Shown piece after piece: positions 45,978-55,189 of a stretch of DNA of 64,000 nucleotides. The notes under the pieces are model-generated. The model saw only the letters and a list, made by a program, of their open reading frames with translations, did no database searches and had not been told where the DNA came from. How positions within the stretch are numbered: the stretch's first letter is position 1; each line of letters opens with the position of its first letter. Location: the IMG/VR virus record IMGVR_UViG_3300030107_002332. One strand, written 5' to 3'. The translations under genes were made by a program, and so were the position numbers. The DNA is from a virus.

Positions 45978-46002
45978 AAAAAAGAGACCCCGTAGGGTCT
46001 CT
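45978..46002 (-). terminator. Rho-independent terminator after g18
   Basis: AGAGACCC-4nt-GGGTCTCT with poly-U. Confidence 0.8.
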
Positions 46003-46026
46003 AATCCATCTCGAACTCAGAGTTAT

Positions 46027-48279
46027 TTAGGTTGCTACTTCTGAGAAAGATACACCAGTACGTGTTGCAACAAAGGATAATGTGATGTAGTTAATAGTAC
46101 GTGTTGGTTTCACATATATTTCAGCATAAAACTCACCACGATCAACTGCGTCAGCAGGGTTGTTGTCACCGTCACACTTAACTAAGTAATCAGTTACACC
46201 ACGACGACCTTGAACATCACGGAGATAAGGCTCAACTATGTTGAGGAATAGTGCTCTCTGTGTCTCATCATTCTGCTCGAACAATTGTGCTTTAGCAGCA
46301 CCAGATATAACTCTTTCGATTGTTAGGAACAAACGACGAACGTTAATTCTGTCGAAGGCAGATGCATATCCAAGAGCAGTCTTATCACCGTATAGTACAA
46401 CTCCCTGTCCTGGGAATGAAACTACTGGGTTAACTCTATCAGAGTAAAGTTGATCTCTTTGAGTCTTGTTAGGTGTATAAGCAAGTTTAATTGCATTCCG
46501 TACGATTCCTCTTTGGAAACCTGCAGGTGAGAACCAAGGCTCTGAAGTCTCAGTTGTCTGCAAGCATAGACCAGCAACGTCACCGTTACAAGGAACGTAA
46601 CGATAAACATCATTGTACTTATCGTAGATATACTTGTATCCAGAATCAAATACTGTATAAGAAGAACTTGGTAATTGCTTAAAGAAATTACTAATGTTAT
46701 CTGTAATAGAAGTTGTATTGGTTATACCAATTACATTTGCTCTACGTGGAGAAACGAATGCGATACAGTCACGACGCTCTTCAACAATATTAACTATTGA
46801 AGTGATCTTAGCAATAGCAGCAGCATCATCAGCACCAGAAGGACCAGTCAAAATATAATCGATTGTCTGTGATTCTGGGTCAGATACTAAACCGTATGCT
46901 GTAGATAGATCTCCATTAGTAATTGTGTAATTACCACCTGAAGCAGAATAATCAGCACCACTTCCAAGTCTATAGTAGTAAGTTGCGTTGTTGTCAGAAC
47001 CAACTGTTGTGCGTCCTGCAGGATAATCTTGTGTACCAGAAGCAGAACGTAGTATATTAAACTGACGTGAAGCAGCAGTCAGTCCCCAGTTACCATCTGA
47101 AGGAGTTGAAGTTGCATTAAAGACTGTAGTCTCATGCTCTGCCCAGTAGATATACTCTGAACGTTGCTTAATAACTTCTGGATAGTAGTTAGTCTCACCA
47201 ACAGATGTCTTAGCATCAGATGCTTTAGAGACATTAACAAATCTTTCAAGAACTGCACCAGCAGTACCAGAAATCTTACCATCAACGTCAACTACAAGAA
47301 CGTGTAGTTCGTCACGATATCCACCATTGTTTTGTGCATATAGTGAAGTACCTGGACGTGGAGCAACATTGATCCACTTAACACCAGGAAGATACTCACG
47401 CTCATTATACTCTACACGTACTGCACTAATAGCAACAGCAGCAGAGTTTGTGTCAGTAACGCTGTCAGCAGCAGCGAAATCAATCTTATCCTTATCCTTA
47501 GCGATATATAAACGACGCTCAATACCACCTGTAGCAATATCACAAGTGTTAGTGCCTTGAGTTACGGTCTGACCGTCAGCAATAATACCAGTTACACCAC
47601 CACCAGGAAGTGAAATCTCAAGGAACTTATTACCTGGATCCCATGCTTCAACAGTAACAGATTCATTAGAACCACCAATACTAATTGTAGTAGCAGTACC
47701 AGGAGTGAAGTCTCCAACAATAGTATCAACCGTTAGACGGATTGCATACTTAAATACTTTACCAGCAGCACCTGAAGATGCAGTTAATGCAGCATCAGCA
47801 ACAAACTCATACTCGTTACCTGAACCTGGAGCAGGGATGACAGCAATTTGATCAGCACCAGCATCAGTTACGAATATACCAATTGAATTTCCTTTTGAAC
47901 CAGCAGTTCTAGCAGCCCACTTAAAGTTATTATTTGCACCCTCATATGTTGTCTCGTAATCTTGAAGATTCTTAATCAGAGGAGCAGTACCCGAATCAAC
48001 AGCATTCTTTAGTGCTGCAGATGAAACTCTAATTGTCTTTAGTACTCCACCATATGAAAGAAACTGAGCAGCAGTAAACCAATATTCGTAGTTATTTTCA
48101 TTTGGTTTTCCGAAACGCTCGACCAGTCCTCTTTCGTTAGAGATAGTAACGATTTCCTCGACTGGTCCTAATTCAAACGGTGCAGCAATTACGCCTGTGT
48201 TTGCTGTTGACAGGGTTGTAATAGTGGTCAGGTCTCTCTCCTGTATTACTACACCTGGCGATGATTGATTGGCTGCCAT
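46027..48279 (-). CDS. g18: Tail sheath protein (gp18)
   Basis: SPGVVIQERDL, PWFSPAGFQRG, FDRINVRRLF. Confidence 0.96.
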   Translation of the reverse strand: MAANQSSPGVVIQERDLTTITTLSTANTGVIAAPFELGPVEEIVTISNERGLVERFGKPNENNYEYWFTAAQFLSYGGVLKTIRVSSAALKNAVDSGTAPLIKNLQDYETTYEGANNNFKWAARTAGSKGNSIGIFVTDAGADQIAVIPAPGSGNEYEFVADAALTASSGAAGKVFKYAIRLTVDTIVGDFTPGTATTISIGGSNESVTVEAWDPGNKFLEISLPGGGVTGIIADGQTVTQGTNTCDIATGGIERRLYIAKDKDKIDFAAADSVTDTNSAAVAISAVRVEYNEREYLPGVKWINVAPRPGTSLYAQNNGGYRDELHVLVVDVDGKISGTAGAVLERFVNVSKASDAKTSVGETNYYPEVIKQRSEYIYWAEHETTVFNATSTPSDGNWGLTAASRQFNILRSASGTQDYPAGRTTVGSDNNATYYYRLGSGADYSASGGNYTITNGDLSTAYGLVSDPESQTIDYILTGPSGADDAAAIAKITSIVNIVEERRDCIAFVSPRRANVIGITNTTSITDNISNFFKQLPSSSYTVFDSGYKYIYDKYNDVYRYVPCNGDVAGLCLQTTETSEPWFSPAGFQRGIVRNAIKLAYTPNKTQRDQLYSDRVNPVVSFPGQGVVLYGDKTALGYASAFDRINVRRLFLTIERVISGAAKAQLFEQNDETQRALFLNIVEPYLRDVQGRRGVTDYLVKCDGDNNPADAVDRGEFYAEIYVKPTRTINYITLSFVATRTGVSFSEVAT

Positions 48280-48321
48280 GATTGTAAAACTCCTAGTATG
48301 CTGTCAGCTTTTGTCTGTGAT

Positions 48322-48329
48322 TATTTATA
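48322..48329 (-). promoter_or_regulatory. Late promoter TATAAATA
   Basis: Exact consensus upstream of g18. Confidence 0.8.
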
Positions 48330-48340
48330 TTTTTGAATAC

Positions 48341-49993
48341 TCACCTGAAGTCTAGCATGTGCTGTACATCTCCGTATTCCGCGATTTCCCAACGTTCTCC
48401 TTGAGCATCAACAAAGGACTCTTCTTCTTGTCCATCACTAATGAATCCGAACGGTGCCATATCTTGTTCTATAGAGTCTCTTTGATCCGCATATATTCTT
48501 GCTCGAACATCATTATCATGCATCTCCTTAAAGTAATCTTGCATAGCCATCCATGCAAACATAACCAAGCACATAGCAAGGTCATCATGACATCCATCTT
48601 CTGCTTGGAAACTATTACCCTTTTGAATAAAGGTTGTCAATTCTGCAATAGTATCATAATCAGATATGTGTAATTTATCCTCTTCTATTAATGCTTTGAG
48701 ATTAGAACATCCAACTTGCTTTGTGGCAGTTGACATCTTAACTCCTAACTGAGTTTTCTTACCTGAGAATCCCTGTCCTAATTGTTGACCTGCTCTTCCT
48801 CTCATAGCAGCCATCAATAGGTTTTCATACTCCAAATCAAATTGAATTATATCTGCAACCTGACCTCCTATATCATTTACTTCACATAAAATATATGCAT
48901 TATTATAATTCTTAGCAACATCTACTATGATATTGGGAAATATAATAGGTTTAATTTCATTGTTTTTATATCTTGCTACCAGTTTATATGGTATCTCTGT
49001 AGTATCCATCACAGTAAAAGCAGATGCATCTCCACCAATACCACGAGATACATCAACCGTCACAATATAATTATGCTCTTCTTTAACATCTTCATATACT
49101 GCAAGACCTCTATTCTGTCTTAATGGATCTTCATATGGCATGACCCTTAACTTACTTGCTGATATTAAAGTATCAACAGATCCTAAGAATTCACATTCAA
49201 ACTCAACTTTAAACTGTGCCTCTGATGTGTTAGCAATGGTTTGTTCTTTCCATGCATCATCTCTACCAGGAACTTGAGACCAATGTACATCAGTAGTTAC
49301 ATATTCATTCTTCTTTAACTCAGCATCATGCCAGAGTTTATAGAACATGTTCATACCGTGAGGTGTAGATATGATAATAACTTTAGTTTTCTTACCAGAA
49401 GATACAGTAGGATAGACAGAACTAAAGAACTGTTCAGCAATATGATTCGGAACGAAAGCGAACTCGTCCAAAAATATGATATTAAACGACATACCCCTAA
49501 CAGCAGATGCAGAAGTAGAAGCAGCCAAGATTTTACTTCCATTCTCCAGTTCCAAAGATCCTTTGTTCCATCCGAGGATTCCTTGTTGGAGCCATTTAGG
49601 GAGGTTTTCATAACTTAATTGCAATCTTTGTAACATCTCTCTTGCAGTAGCAGCCTTGTTAGCAAGAATTGCTACGTTCACATTAGCATTGAATAAAACA
49701 TACCAAAGCAAATAAGAGGTAACAATAGTAGACTTACCAGACTGCCGTGGTAGTTTTGCTATGTTAAATCTATAGTCATGAAATTTTTCAACCATCTTCT
49801 CTTGAAAGTCATACATTCTAAATGGTATGACACCTTCATCAAGAGATACAATTCTTACATACTTCTGTATGAAGTATACAGGATCCTCAGCGCACTTTAA
49901 AAACTCAGCAACTTGCTTCTTAGTGAAGTTCTGAGCAACGTTTGCCTTTTTAAGATTAGGATTACCTAAGTATACTTCTTGTGCTGCACTCAT
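48341..49993 (-). CDS. g17: Terminase large subunit (gp17)
   Basis: PRQSGKST, FLDEFAF, DVSRG, HDDLAM. Confidence 0.97.
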   Translation of the reverse strand: MSAAQEVYLGNPNLKKANVAQNFTKKQVAEFLKCAEDPVYFIQKYVRIVSLDEGVIPFRMYDFQEKMVEKFHDYRFNIAKLPRQSGKSTIVTSYLLWYVLFNANVNVAILANKAATAREMLQRLQLSYENLPKWLQQGILGWNKGSLELENGSKILAASTSASAVRGMSFNIIFLDEFAFVPNHIAEQFFSSVYPTVSSGKKTKVIIISTPHGMNMFYKLWHDAELKKNEYVTTDVHWSQVPGRDDAWKEQTIANTSEAQFKVEFECEFLGSVDTLISASKLRVMPYEDPLRQNRGLAVYEDVKEEHNYIVTVDVSRGIGGDASAFTVMDTTEIPYKLVARYKNNEIKPIIFPNIIVDVAKNYNNAYILCEVNDIGGQVADIIQFDLEYENLLMAAMRGRAGQQLGQGFSGKKTQLGVKMSTATKQVGCSNLKALIEEDKLHISDYDTIAELTTFIQKGNSFQAEDGCHDDLAMCLVMFAWMAMQDYFKEMHDNDVRARIYADQRDSIEQDMAPFGFISDGQEEESFVDAQGERWEIAEYGDVQHMLDFR

Positions 49994-50199
49994 GACTTAG
50001 TTTCTTCTATTGCTTCTTTAATTACAGTCTTTAATTGTCTTAATTTCTTTTTACCAAGACCTGCTCTTGTATCTATCTTAACCTTTAACCAATATACAAA
50101 GGCAAGTACCAGTATAAATTGAATACCTTCACCCCATGATAGGTTCCATGCTTCATTAAGATCTAATGATGCAGCAGCAAATGTGTTTAATAAATTCAT
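49990..50199 (-). CDS. Small membrane protein
   Basis: 69 aa, one TM. Confidence 0.7.
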   Translation of the reverse strand: MNLLNTFAAASLDLNEAWNLSWGEGIQFILVLAFVYWLKVKIDTRAGLGKKKLRQLKTVIKEAIEETKS

Positions 50200-50390
50200 T
50201 TTTCAGCAGCGTATAATGCAAATGTAGAAGTAGTTATAACAGTCATCATGTTAGCAATGTGTTGCTTCACATCAGAGTCACATACCTTACCAGGCATAAA
50301 GCAACCAAATATAGTTGCTCCTACTATTCCTAACTGGAATAAGATCACAATCCTTATGAGATCTATAACCCTATCTTTACTATCCCTCAT
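50196..50390 (-). CDS. Small two-TM protein
   Basis: 64 aa. Confidence 0.65.
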   Translation of the reverse strand: MRDSKDRVIDLIRIVILFQLGIVGATIFGCFMPGKVCDSDVKQHIANMMTVITTSTFALYAAEK

Positions 50391-50844
50391 TCAATGTTCC
50401 AAAAGATCTACGAATCTCTCGTAGATCCTCAAAATTTTTCTGCTTAGTTCCACCATCGTATGCCCAAGCATACCCTTCGGTGATCATCTGTTCATTTAAT
50501 GAAATATCAGCATCGCCAATGTAGAGCCAACCAAGAAGCCTACCATACTTCCCAACGCCACCCTTAAGTTCAGTTCTAATAAGGAGTTCTTCATCACCCT
50601 TGATCGTTTCTGTAAGTTTTTCCTTCATCCAGTTCGTAGCGTCTATCCCAAGGGCTTTCTCCTCCAAGTCCCTTGTCCTCTTCTCTGGAGTGTCCACACC
50701 CGCAATTCTTACCCGTTCTTTCTTGTATAAATCGAATCCAAGATCTATGGTGACATCTATCGTGTCTCCGTCCAGTACCTTGTTTATCTTCGTCACTCGG
50801 AAGTTGTAACAACTCTTCCGACTCGGTGGTGTCATCGCTCCCAT
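50380..50844 (-). CDS. SNase (thermonuclease)-like nuclease
   Basis: VLDGDTID, RVRIAGVDTPE, KYGRLLG; TATAAATA at 50869-50876. Confidence 0.85.
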   Translation of the reverse strand: MGAMTPPSRKSCYNFRVTKINKVLDGDTIDVTIDLGFDLYKKERVRIAGVDTPEKRTRDLEEKALGIDATNWMKEKLTETIKGDEELLIRTELKGGVGKYGRLLGWLYIGDADISLNEQMITEGYAWAYDGGTKQKNFEDLREIRRSFGTLNEG

Positions 50845-50980
50845 CTAGTTCGTACTCCGTAAGTGATCTATTTATAGATTCTTCAATGGGAGTACGATTC
50901 TGCTCCGACTGCCAATTCCTCATATCCTGAATCGCTTGATTCGGGGTCATCATTAATAATGGGGTTAGGATTCCAATCAT
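50594..50980 (-). CDS. Possible overlapping hypothetical protein (MIGILTPLLMMTPNQ...)
   Basis: Open frame overlapping both neighbours. Confidence 0.4.
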   Translation of the reverse strand: MIGILTPLLMMTPNQAIQDMRNWQSEQNRTPIEESINRSLTEYELDGSDDTTESEELLQLPSDEDKQGTGRRHDRCHHRSWIRFIQERTGKNCGCGHSREEDKGLGGESPWDRRYELDEGKTYRNDQG

Positions 50981-51068
50981 CGTATTTGAATATCCAGTAT
51001 ATTGTAACACCAACCCCTACCAAAAGTAAAGCCAGCATAATATTTATTGACCAGACTACCTCAGACAT
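50883..51068 (-). CDS. Small membrane protein (MSEVVWSINIMLALLL...)
   Basis: One TM; start adjusted from track. Confidence 0.6.
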   Translation of the reverse strand: MSEVVWSINIMLALLLVGVGVTIYWIFKYDDWNPNPIINDDPESSDSGYEELAVGAESYSH

Positions 51069-51159
51069 ATGCCTGTGCAGCAAGCCATGTTGATAGACCC
51101 AAAGAAGTTCCCATGATGGTGAGTCGGCTCATCCACCACATTATTTCGTGCTTATTCAT
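51061..51159 (-). CDS. 32-aa peptide (MNKHEIMWWMSRLTIMG...), not in ORF track
   Basis: ATGA-coupled to the upstream ORF. Confidence 0.55.
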   Translation of the reverse strand: MNKHEIMWWMSRLTIMGTSLGLSTWLAAQAYV

Positions 51160-51359
51160 ATCATTGACCCTTGTGAACGTAACCAGTCTAATCCTGTTTC
51201 GTTAGTACACCTATCAATAAAATGAGGATGCTCCCGTAGAAACGGGACATCCTCTTTACTGTGTTCTATTGCTTCGTACGAGTCTGTAGCGTACTCGCAT
51301 ATTTCTAAATGATGCTGTTCAGCATCGTGATACCCTACGGTATAGTGTGACAGGGGCAT
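51156..51359 (-). CDS. Small hypothetical protein (MPLSHYTVGYHD...)
   Basis: 67 aa; TGCTATAAT and TAAATA about 30 nt upstream. Confidence 0.7.
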   Translation of the reverse strand: MPLSHYTVGYHDAEQHHLEICEYATDSYEAIEHSKEDVPFLREHPHFIDRCTNETGLDWLRSQGSMI

Positions 51360-51409
51360 GATCTTTCAATCCCAGATACGTACTTATTTATTATAGCACG
51401 TAAGTATAA

Positions 51410-51565
51410 TTAACTACTATTATCCTCTTTTGAACACAATTTATCGTAGTGGTCTGGGTGACTATATGGTTTCAACCCTTTCTCTTCTTCTTGCTTAGCC
51501 TGACGGTTTAAGAGCTGCCTATAACGATCCAGCTCTTCCCTGTACTTCTTTTCAGAATCAGTCAT
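51410..51565 (-). CDS. 51-aa hypothetical protein (MTDSEKKYREEL...), not in ORF track
   Basis: Hand-translated; fills the gap. Confidence 0.6.
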   Translation of the reverse strand: MTDSEKKYREELDRYRQLLNRQAKQEEEKGLKPYSHPDHYDKLCSKEDNSS

Positions 51566-51585
51566 TTAATTGTACCAATAAGTGT

Positions 51586-52257
51586 TTACTTATAATGATA
51601 CGCTGGTTTAGAAGTCTTCTTAGGTAATTTTCCTGACCTGATCTTTGTTCCAGAGGTTTCTCCGTCTCCCTCCTTGTGTTTTCCTGGTTTGGATTTACCT
51701 AAATTTACTGATTTGCCTGGTTTCTTGGATTGAGTGTCATGTAATCTTGCAGGTTTGTCCTTATCTTTGGTGATAACTGACTCCTGTCCATGTTTCCGTC
51801 CGAGTCGTCTCATAGTCTTACCAAACCTTCTCTTGCTCATCTTATCTGGTTTACTTGTTTGGTACGAAACTTCTCTTCCAGTCCCTTCTTTTCCACCATC
51901 GGATGTATATTTGTATTCGCCTACACCCTTCTTATATCCAATCCCCTTTTTCTTTAAATCTTTTTCAAGACCTTTACGCTTCTTCCTATTATCTTTTTCA
52001 GAGCTACCACGGTCTGCAGATATATTACCAGTCGTTTTTGTCTTCGACTTAGTTAACATTCTTGTAGTTGGGTTGCCTTCAACGAGAGCAATAAAGTCTT
52101 TATAATACATAACTTTGAGATTTTCTTTTTGTGCTAACTTATTGGCAGTAGCATACATTACTTTCTTCGCATCATTTCCATATCGTGATTTGAAGTCTTT
52201 GGTACGACGTTTCATACCTTTGACTATCTTCTCTGCCTTTTGGTTAACCAGAGGCAT
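51586..52257 (-). CDS. Basic hypothetical protein (DUF3293-like core)
   Basis: ISADRG...GIGY...G.Y...EVSY...GRKHGQESV pattern. Confidence 0.6.
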   Translation of the reverse strand: MPLVNQKAEKIVKGMKRRTKDFKSRYGNDAKKVMYATANKLAQKENLKVMYYKDFIALVEGNPTTRMLTKSKTKTTGNISADRGSSEKDNRKKRKGLEKDLKKKGIGYKKGVGEYKYTSDGGKEGTGREVSYQTSKPDKMSKRRFGKTMRRLGRKHGQESVITKDKDKPARLHDTQSKKPGKSVNLGKSKPGKHKEGDGETSGTKIRSGKLPKKTSKPAYHYK

Positions 52258-52258
52258 G

Positions 52259-52795
52259 TTAGCCTCCTACCACTTGAACTTCCTCTACGATAACCGCACT
52301 TGTTGCAACAGTTATCTTAACACAGCGTTGTATTAGTGCTTTTCTACCTGATGACCAAGTATAGTCTGCACTTGCACTAGATGAATCTATATCTGTACTG
52401 AGCATATTAGTAAAGTTAGTAGCAGTAATCTTTTTACCAGCAGTTCCTGCAGATAAGAAGTTACTATCAATTGTCGGAGATGTGCTATCATCTACAACTG
52501 CAATATAATCATCTACTGAAAATGGATGGTTGGTAGAAGTATCTTGGATATGTTCACCAACATAATAATCAGCAGTAGAATCATCAACTGCTTTTATAAC
52601 TTTTGCTTGACCTGGTTTACCACCTCTCACAAGTATAAATTCATTTTGAACTAATGTTATTGCTGGACCTCCATTAAAGGAAACGGTAGCAGCACCTGCG
52701 GTGGAACCTACTCTATAAAAACCTGTTTGTACAACCTGATATTCAGATGCACCTGCGGCCACAGAGTTCGTACTTAATACGTTCAGAACTGTCAT
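52259..52795 (-). CDS. Probable virion structural protein
   Basis: 178 aa, beta-rich, directly after g16. Confidence 0.65.
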   Translation of the reverse strand: MTVLNVLSTNSVAAGASEYQVVQTGFYRVGSTAGAATVSFNGGPAITLVQNEFILVRGGKPGQAKVIKAVDDSTADYYVGEHIQDTSTNHPFSVDDYIAVVDDSTSPTIDSNFLSAGTAGKKITATNFTNMLSTDIDSSSASADYTWSSGRKALIQRCVKITVATSAVIVEEVQVVGG

Positions 52796-52803
52796 TGTCG
52801 TGT

Positions 52804-53226
52804 CTATGTAGTTTCTTCTGGTTTATTTATATTTTTTAACATCTTCTGTAAGTCACTTGTACTTCCAACGAACATTGCATTAGTGACACTGGTTGGTCCT
52901 TTCTTATCTTCCTTATCTAATTCTTTCATCTTTGTTTGCAGATCAATCAACTTGTCTGTCGTATCTGCCACGTGTTTGATGAGTTGACCAGCAACTTCAT
53001 AAGCTCTTGGATGATCACTTGCTCGTGCCACATCAAGTATTCCATCTACTGCCTCCTGTCCTTTCATTACCAAGCTATGTAGTTGAGCACGAGAAGTCTC
53101 ATAATCCTGTTGCACATCAGGACTTTCGCTCTTTTTAATTTCAGTTTTAACACTCTCTACGTGCTTTTGTAATTCAGATGGTTCATCACCAAATGCTTTA
53201 TCTAATCCACCAAATAAGTCTGCCAT
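52804..53226 (-). CDS. g16: Terminase small subunit (gp16)
   Basis: QDYETSRAQL, HPRAYEVAGQLIK, FVGSTSDLQKML. Confidence 0.92.
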   Translation of the reverse strand: MADLFGGLDKAFGDEPSELQKHVESVKTEIKKSESPDVQQDYETSRAQLHSLVMKGQEAVDGILDVARASDHPRAYEVAGQLIKHVADTTDKLIDLQTKMKELDKEDKKGPTSVTNAMFVGSTSDLQKMLKNINKPEETT

Positions 53227-53228
53227 AA

Positions 53229-54260
53229 TTAAATTGCCACATCAGCACCACTAACAGGATCACGTTTCTTCATGTCCTCAAAGTCTGAGGTCATTTCACC
53301 AAATCCAAAGTCATCATCAGAATCTACAAGATCATGATCTGCACTATCTATCTTAAGAACTGGTGCACTGGCAGCATGTGCTGCTGCTGTACTACCATAC
53401 CATCCACGACTAACATGAAGAGTACTACCAACTACTCTATTGACATGCATAACCTCAGTACCAATCTGAAGTTCATCTCCTTGAGAGAATGAGGATACAC
53501 TTGCAAGAGTGATAATACCATCTGTAGCAGTTATAGCATTAGTGACTGAAGTTACTCCAACACCATCTCTATCAATCTGTGATTCTGGTACTACTGTATA
53601 ACGCTTCTGTCTTGGTGCTCTTGTTGTATTAGTATCTGTATAGTAATCTGTAATTGCCTTTCTGATAACCTTGCTGTCTGTAACAGGACCGTATAGGTAA
53701 GTCTTGGCAGTAAATGATAAGGTATAAATTATTGCTCTACGGGATGTGAAGTCTCCTTCATAATCATCTTGATAGTTTATATTGTTTAAAACTACAGGAA
53801 CATCTTTTATTTCTCCTACAGTTGTTAAGAGTTTAACTGCGAGATTATAATGAGGTTGAAAGAAAGGAAGAATTTGTTCAATGATTTGTAATCCGTCATC
53901 CTGATTCTTTGATATAATTGCCAATTCAAATCCAATATTGTAAGGCACAGGCATAAAGACGTTCTTGTTCTCATCCGTATCCTTTTTAAATTTTATTTTT
54001 TGTGTAGGAGATACTTTCCTTTGAGGGTCGTAACTAACTCCATTAATCTCAAATGATAATCTTGGTAGTGTTATCTGAACTCTTTTATTAGTAGGATCAG
54101 GATTTTGATCTAACCGTGCTAAGAATTTCTGTTGAGGTCCATAGGCTAAAGGAACCTTCATAACCTCATCTTGTCGTCTGATCTCTATGTTATTGAATAG
54201 AGTACCAAAGGCAACAATGGTCTTGCGAAATATTTCGTTATAACTATAAGTTCCAAGCAT
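53229..54260 (-). CDS. g15: Tail sheath stabiliser / terminator (gp15)
   Basis: KTIVAFGTLFNNI, PVPYNIGFEL, EQILPFFQP. Confidence 0.93.
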   Translation of the reverse strand: MLGTYSYNEIFRKTIVAFGTLFNNIEIRRQDEVMKVPLAYGPQQKFLARLDQNPDPTNKRVQITLPRLSFEINGVSYDPQRKVSPTQKIKFKKDTDENKNVFMPVPYNIGFELAIISKNQDDGLQIIEQILPFFQPHYNLAVKLLTTVGEIKDVPVVLNNINYQDDYEGDFTSRRAIIYTLSFTAKTYLYGPVTDSKVIRKAITDYYTDTNTTRAPRQKRYTVVPESQIDRDGVGVTSVTNAITATDGIITLASVSSFSQGDELQIGTEVMHVNRVVGSTLHVSRGWYGSTAAAHAASAPVLKIDSADHDLVDSDDDFGFGEMTSDFEDMKKRDPVSGADVAI

Positions 54261-55186
54261 TAGATTGATACGTCAGTTGAACTGCCAACACTTCCAAATG
54301 GGTTGGCTTCAGTAAAGTCAATGATGTCATTGTCAGCCTGTTCAAACTGATAACTCTCATCGTATTCACTATTTTTATTATCTATCGTATTATATGTAGC
54401 AGTTGTCCAAGAAGCACTTGAAGTACCACCTGTAATAGTTTCTGGTATAGTGAAAGTACCAGAACGATTAAGAACAATAAGTGTTCTGGTAGCACTATCC
54501 CAAGACTTAACCTCAGCAGTTACATTAGAACTACCACCAGTTACTGTCTCACCAACAGTAAAGTCTCCACTACCACCTGCTACGAGACCGACTGTAATTG
54601 CATTAGCAAAGGCAGTCTCAATAGCATCAAGAGCAGCAATACCAGTGTCAATCTCCTCGTCACTGTACTCGAAGAGTTCACATTGACATTCCCAAACATA
54701 CCCTTTACCTAACTGATAGAAAGGACGTTCTACTTCTACGAATTGTATTTCAAACAAATGTCTTGTTATTGGGAACCATATTAGATCCCCCTCGTTTGGT
54801 CTTCCTTCGACATTAAGGACTGTAGAGTCGTCAACCTTTTCTTTAAACTTTTCACGGGAGAATATAAACGTCGTTTTATCTTCGATACGTACTCCGAATT
54901 TGCTAAGTAACTCGCCTTGGCCTTCCCATCCTTCGACATTATTGACATATGCTCGGATTGGTTTTGCCGATTCAAATTTGCCATCCGAATCTTCTCCGAA
55001 AACTGTGTCACGATTGACGATAGTCCTCGGTACATAATATATGTCTTGGCCATAAATTTCAATGCTTTCAACGATAAGGTTTTCTATAAATTTTTGTTCC
55101 TGAGCAGAACCATTAATGTTTAAACGTGCAGAATTTGTATAATCTGACTGAACATAGTCCTGTGCTGGCGAGTTAGAAATTGCCAT
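54260..55186 (-). CDS. g14: Neck protein (gp14)
   Basis: IEIYGQDIYYVPR, GRPNEGDLIWFP, CELFEYSDE. Confidence 0.93.
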   Translation of the reverse strand: MAISNSPAQDYVQSDYTNSARLNINGSAQEQKFIENLIVESIEIYGQDIYYVPRTIVNRDTVFGEDSDGKFESAKPIRAYVNNVEGWEGQGELLSKFGVRIEDKTTFIFSREKFKEKVDDSTVLNVEGRPNEGDLIWFPITRHLFEIQFVEVERPFYQLGKGYVWECQCELFEYSDEEIDTGIAALDAIETAFANAITVGLVAGGSGDFTVGETVTGGSSNVTAEVKSWDSATRTLIVLNRSGTFTIPETITGGTSSASWTTATYNTIDNKNSEYDESYQFEQADNDIIDFTEANPFGSVGSSTDVSI

Positions 55187-55189
55187 AGT

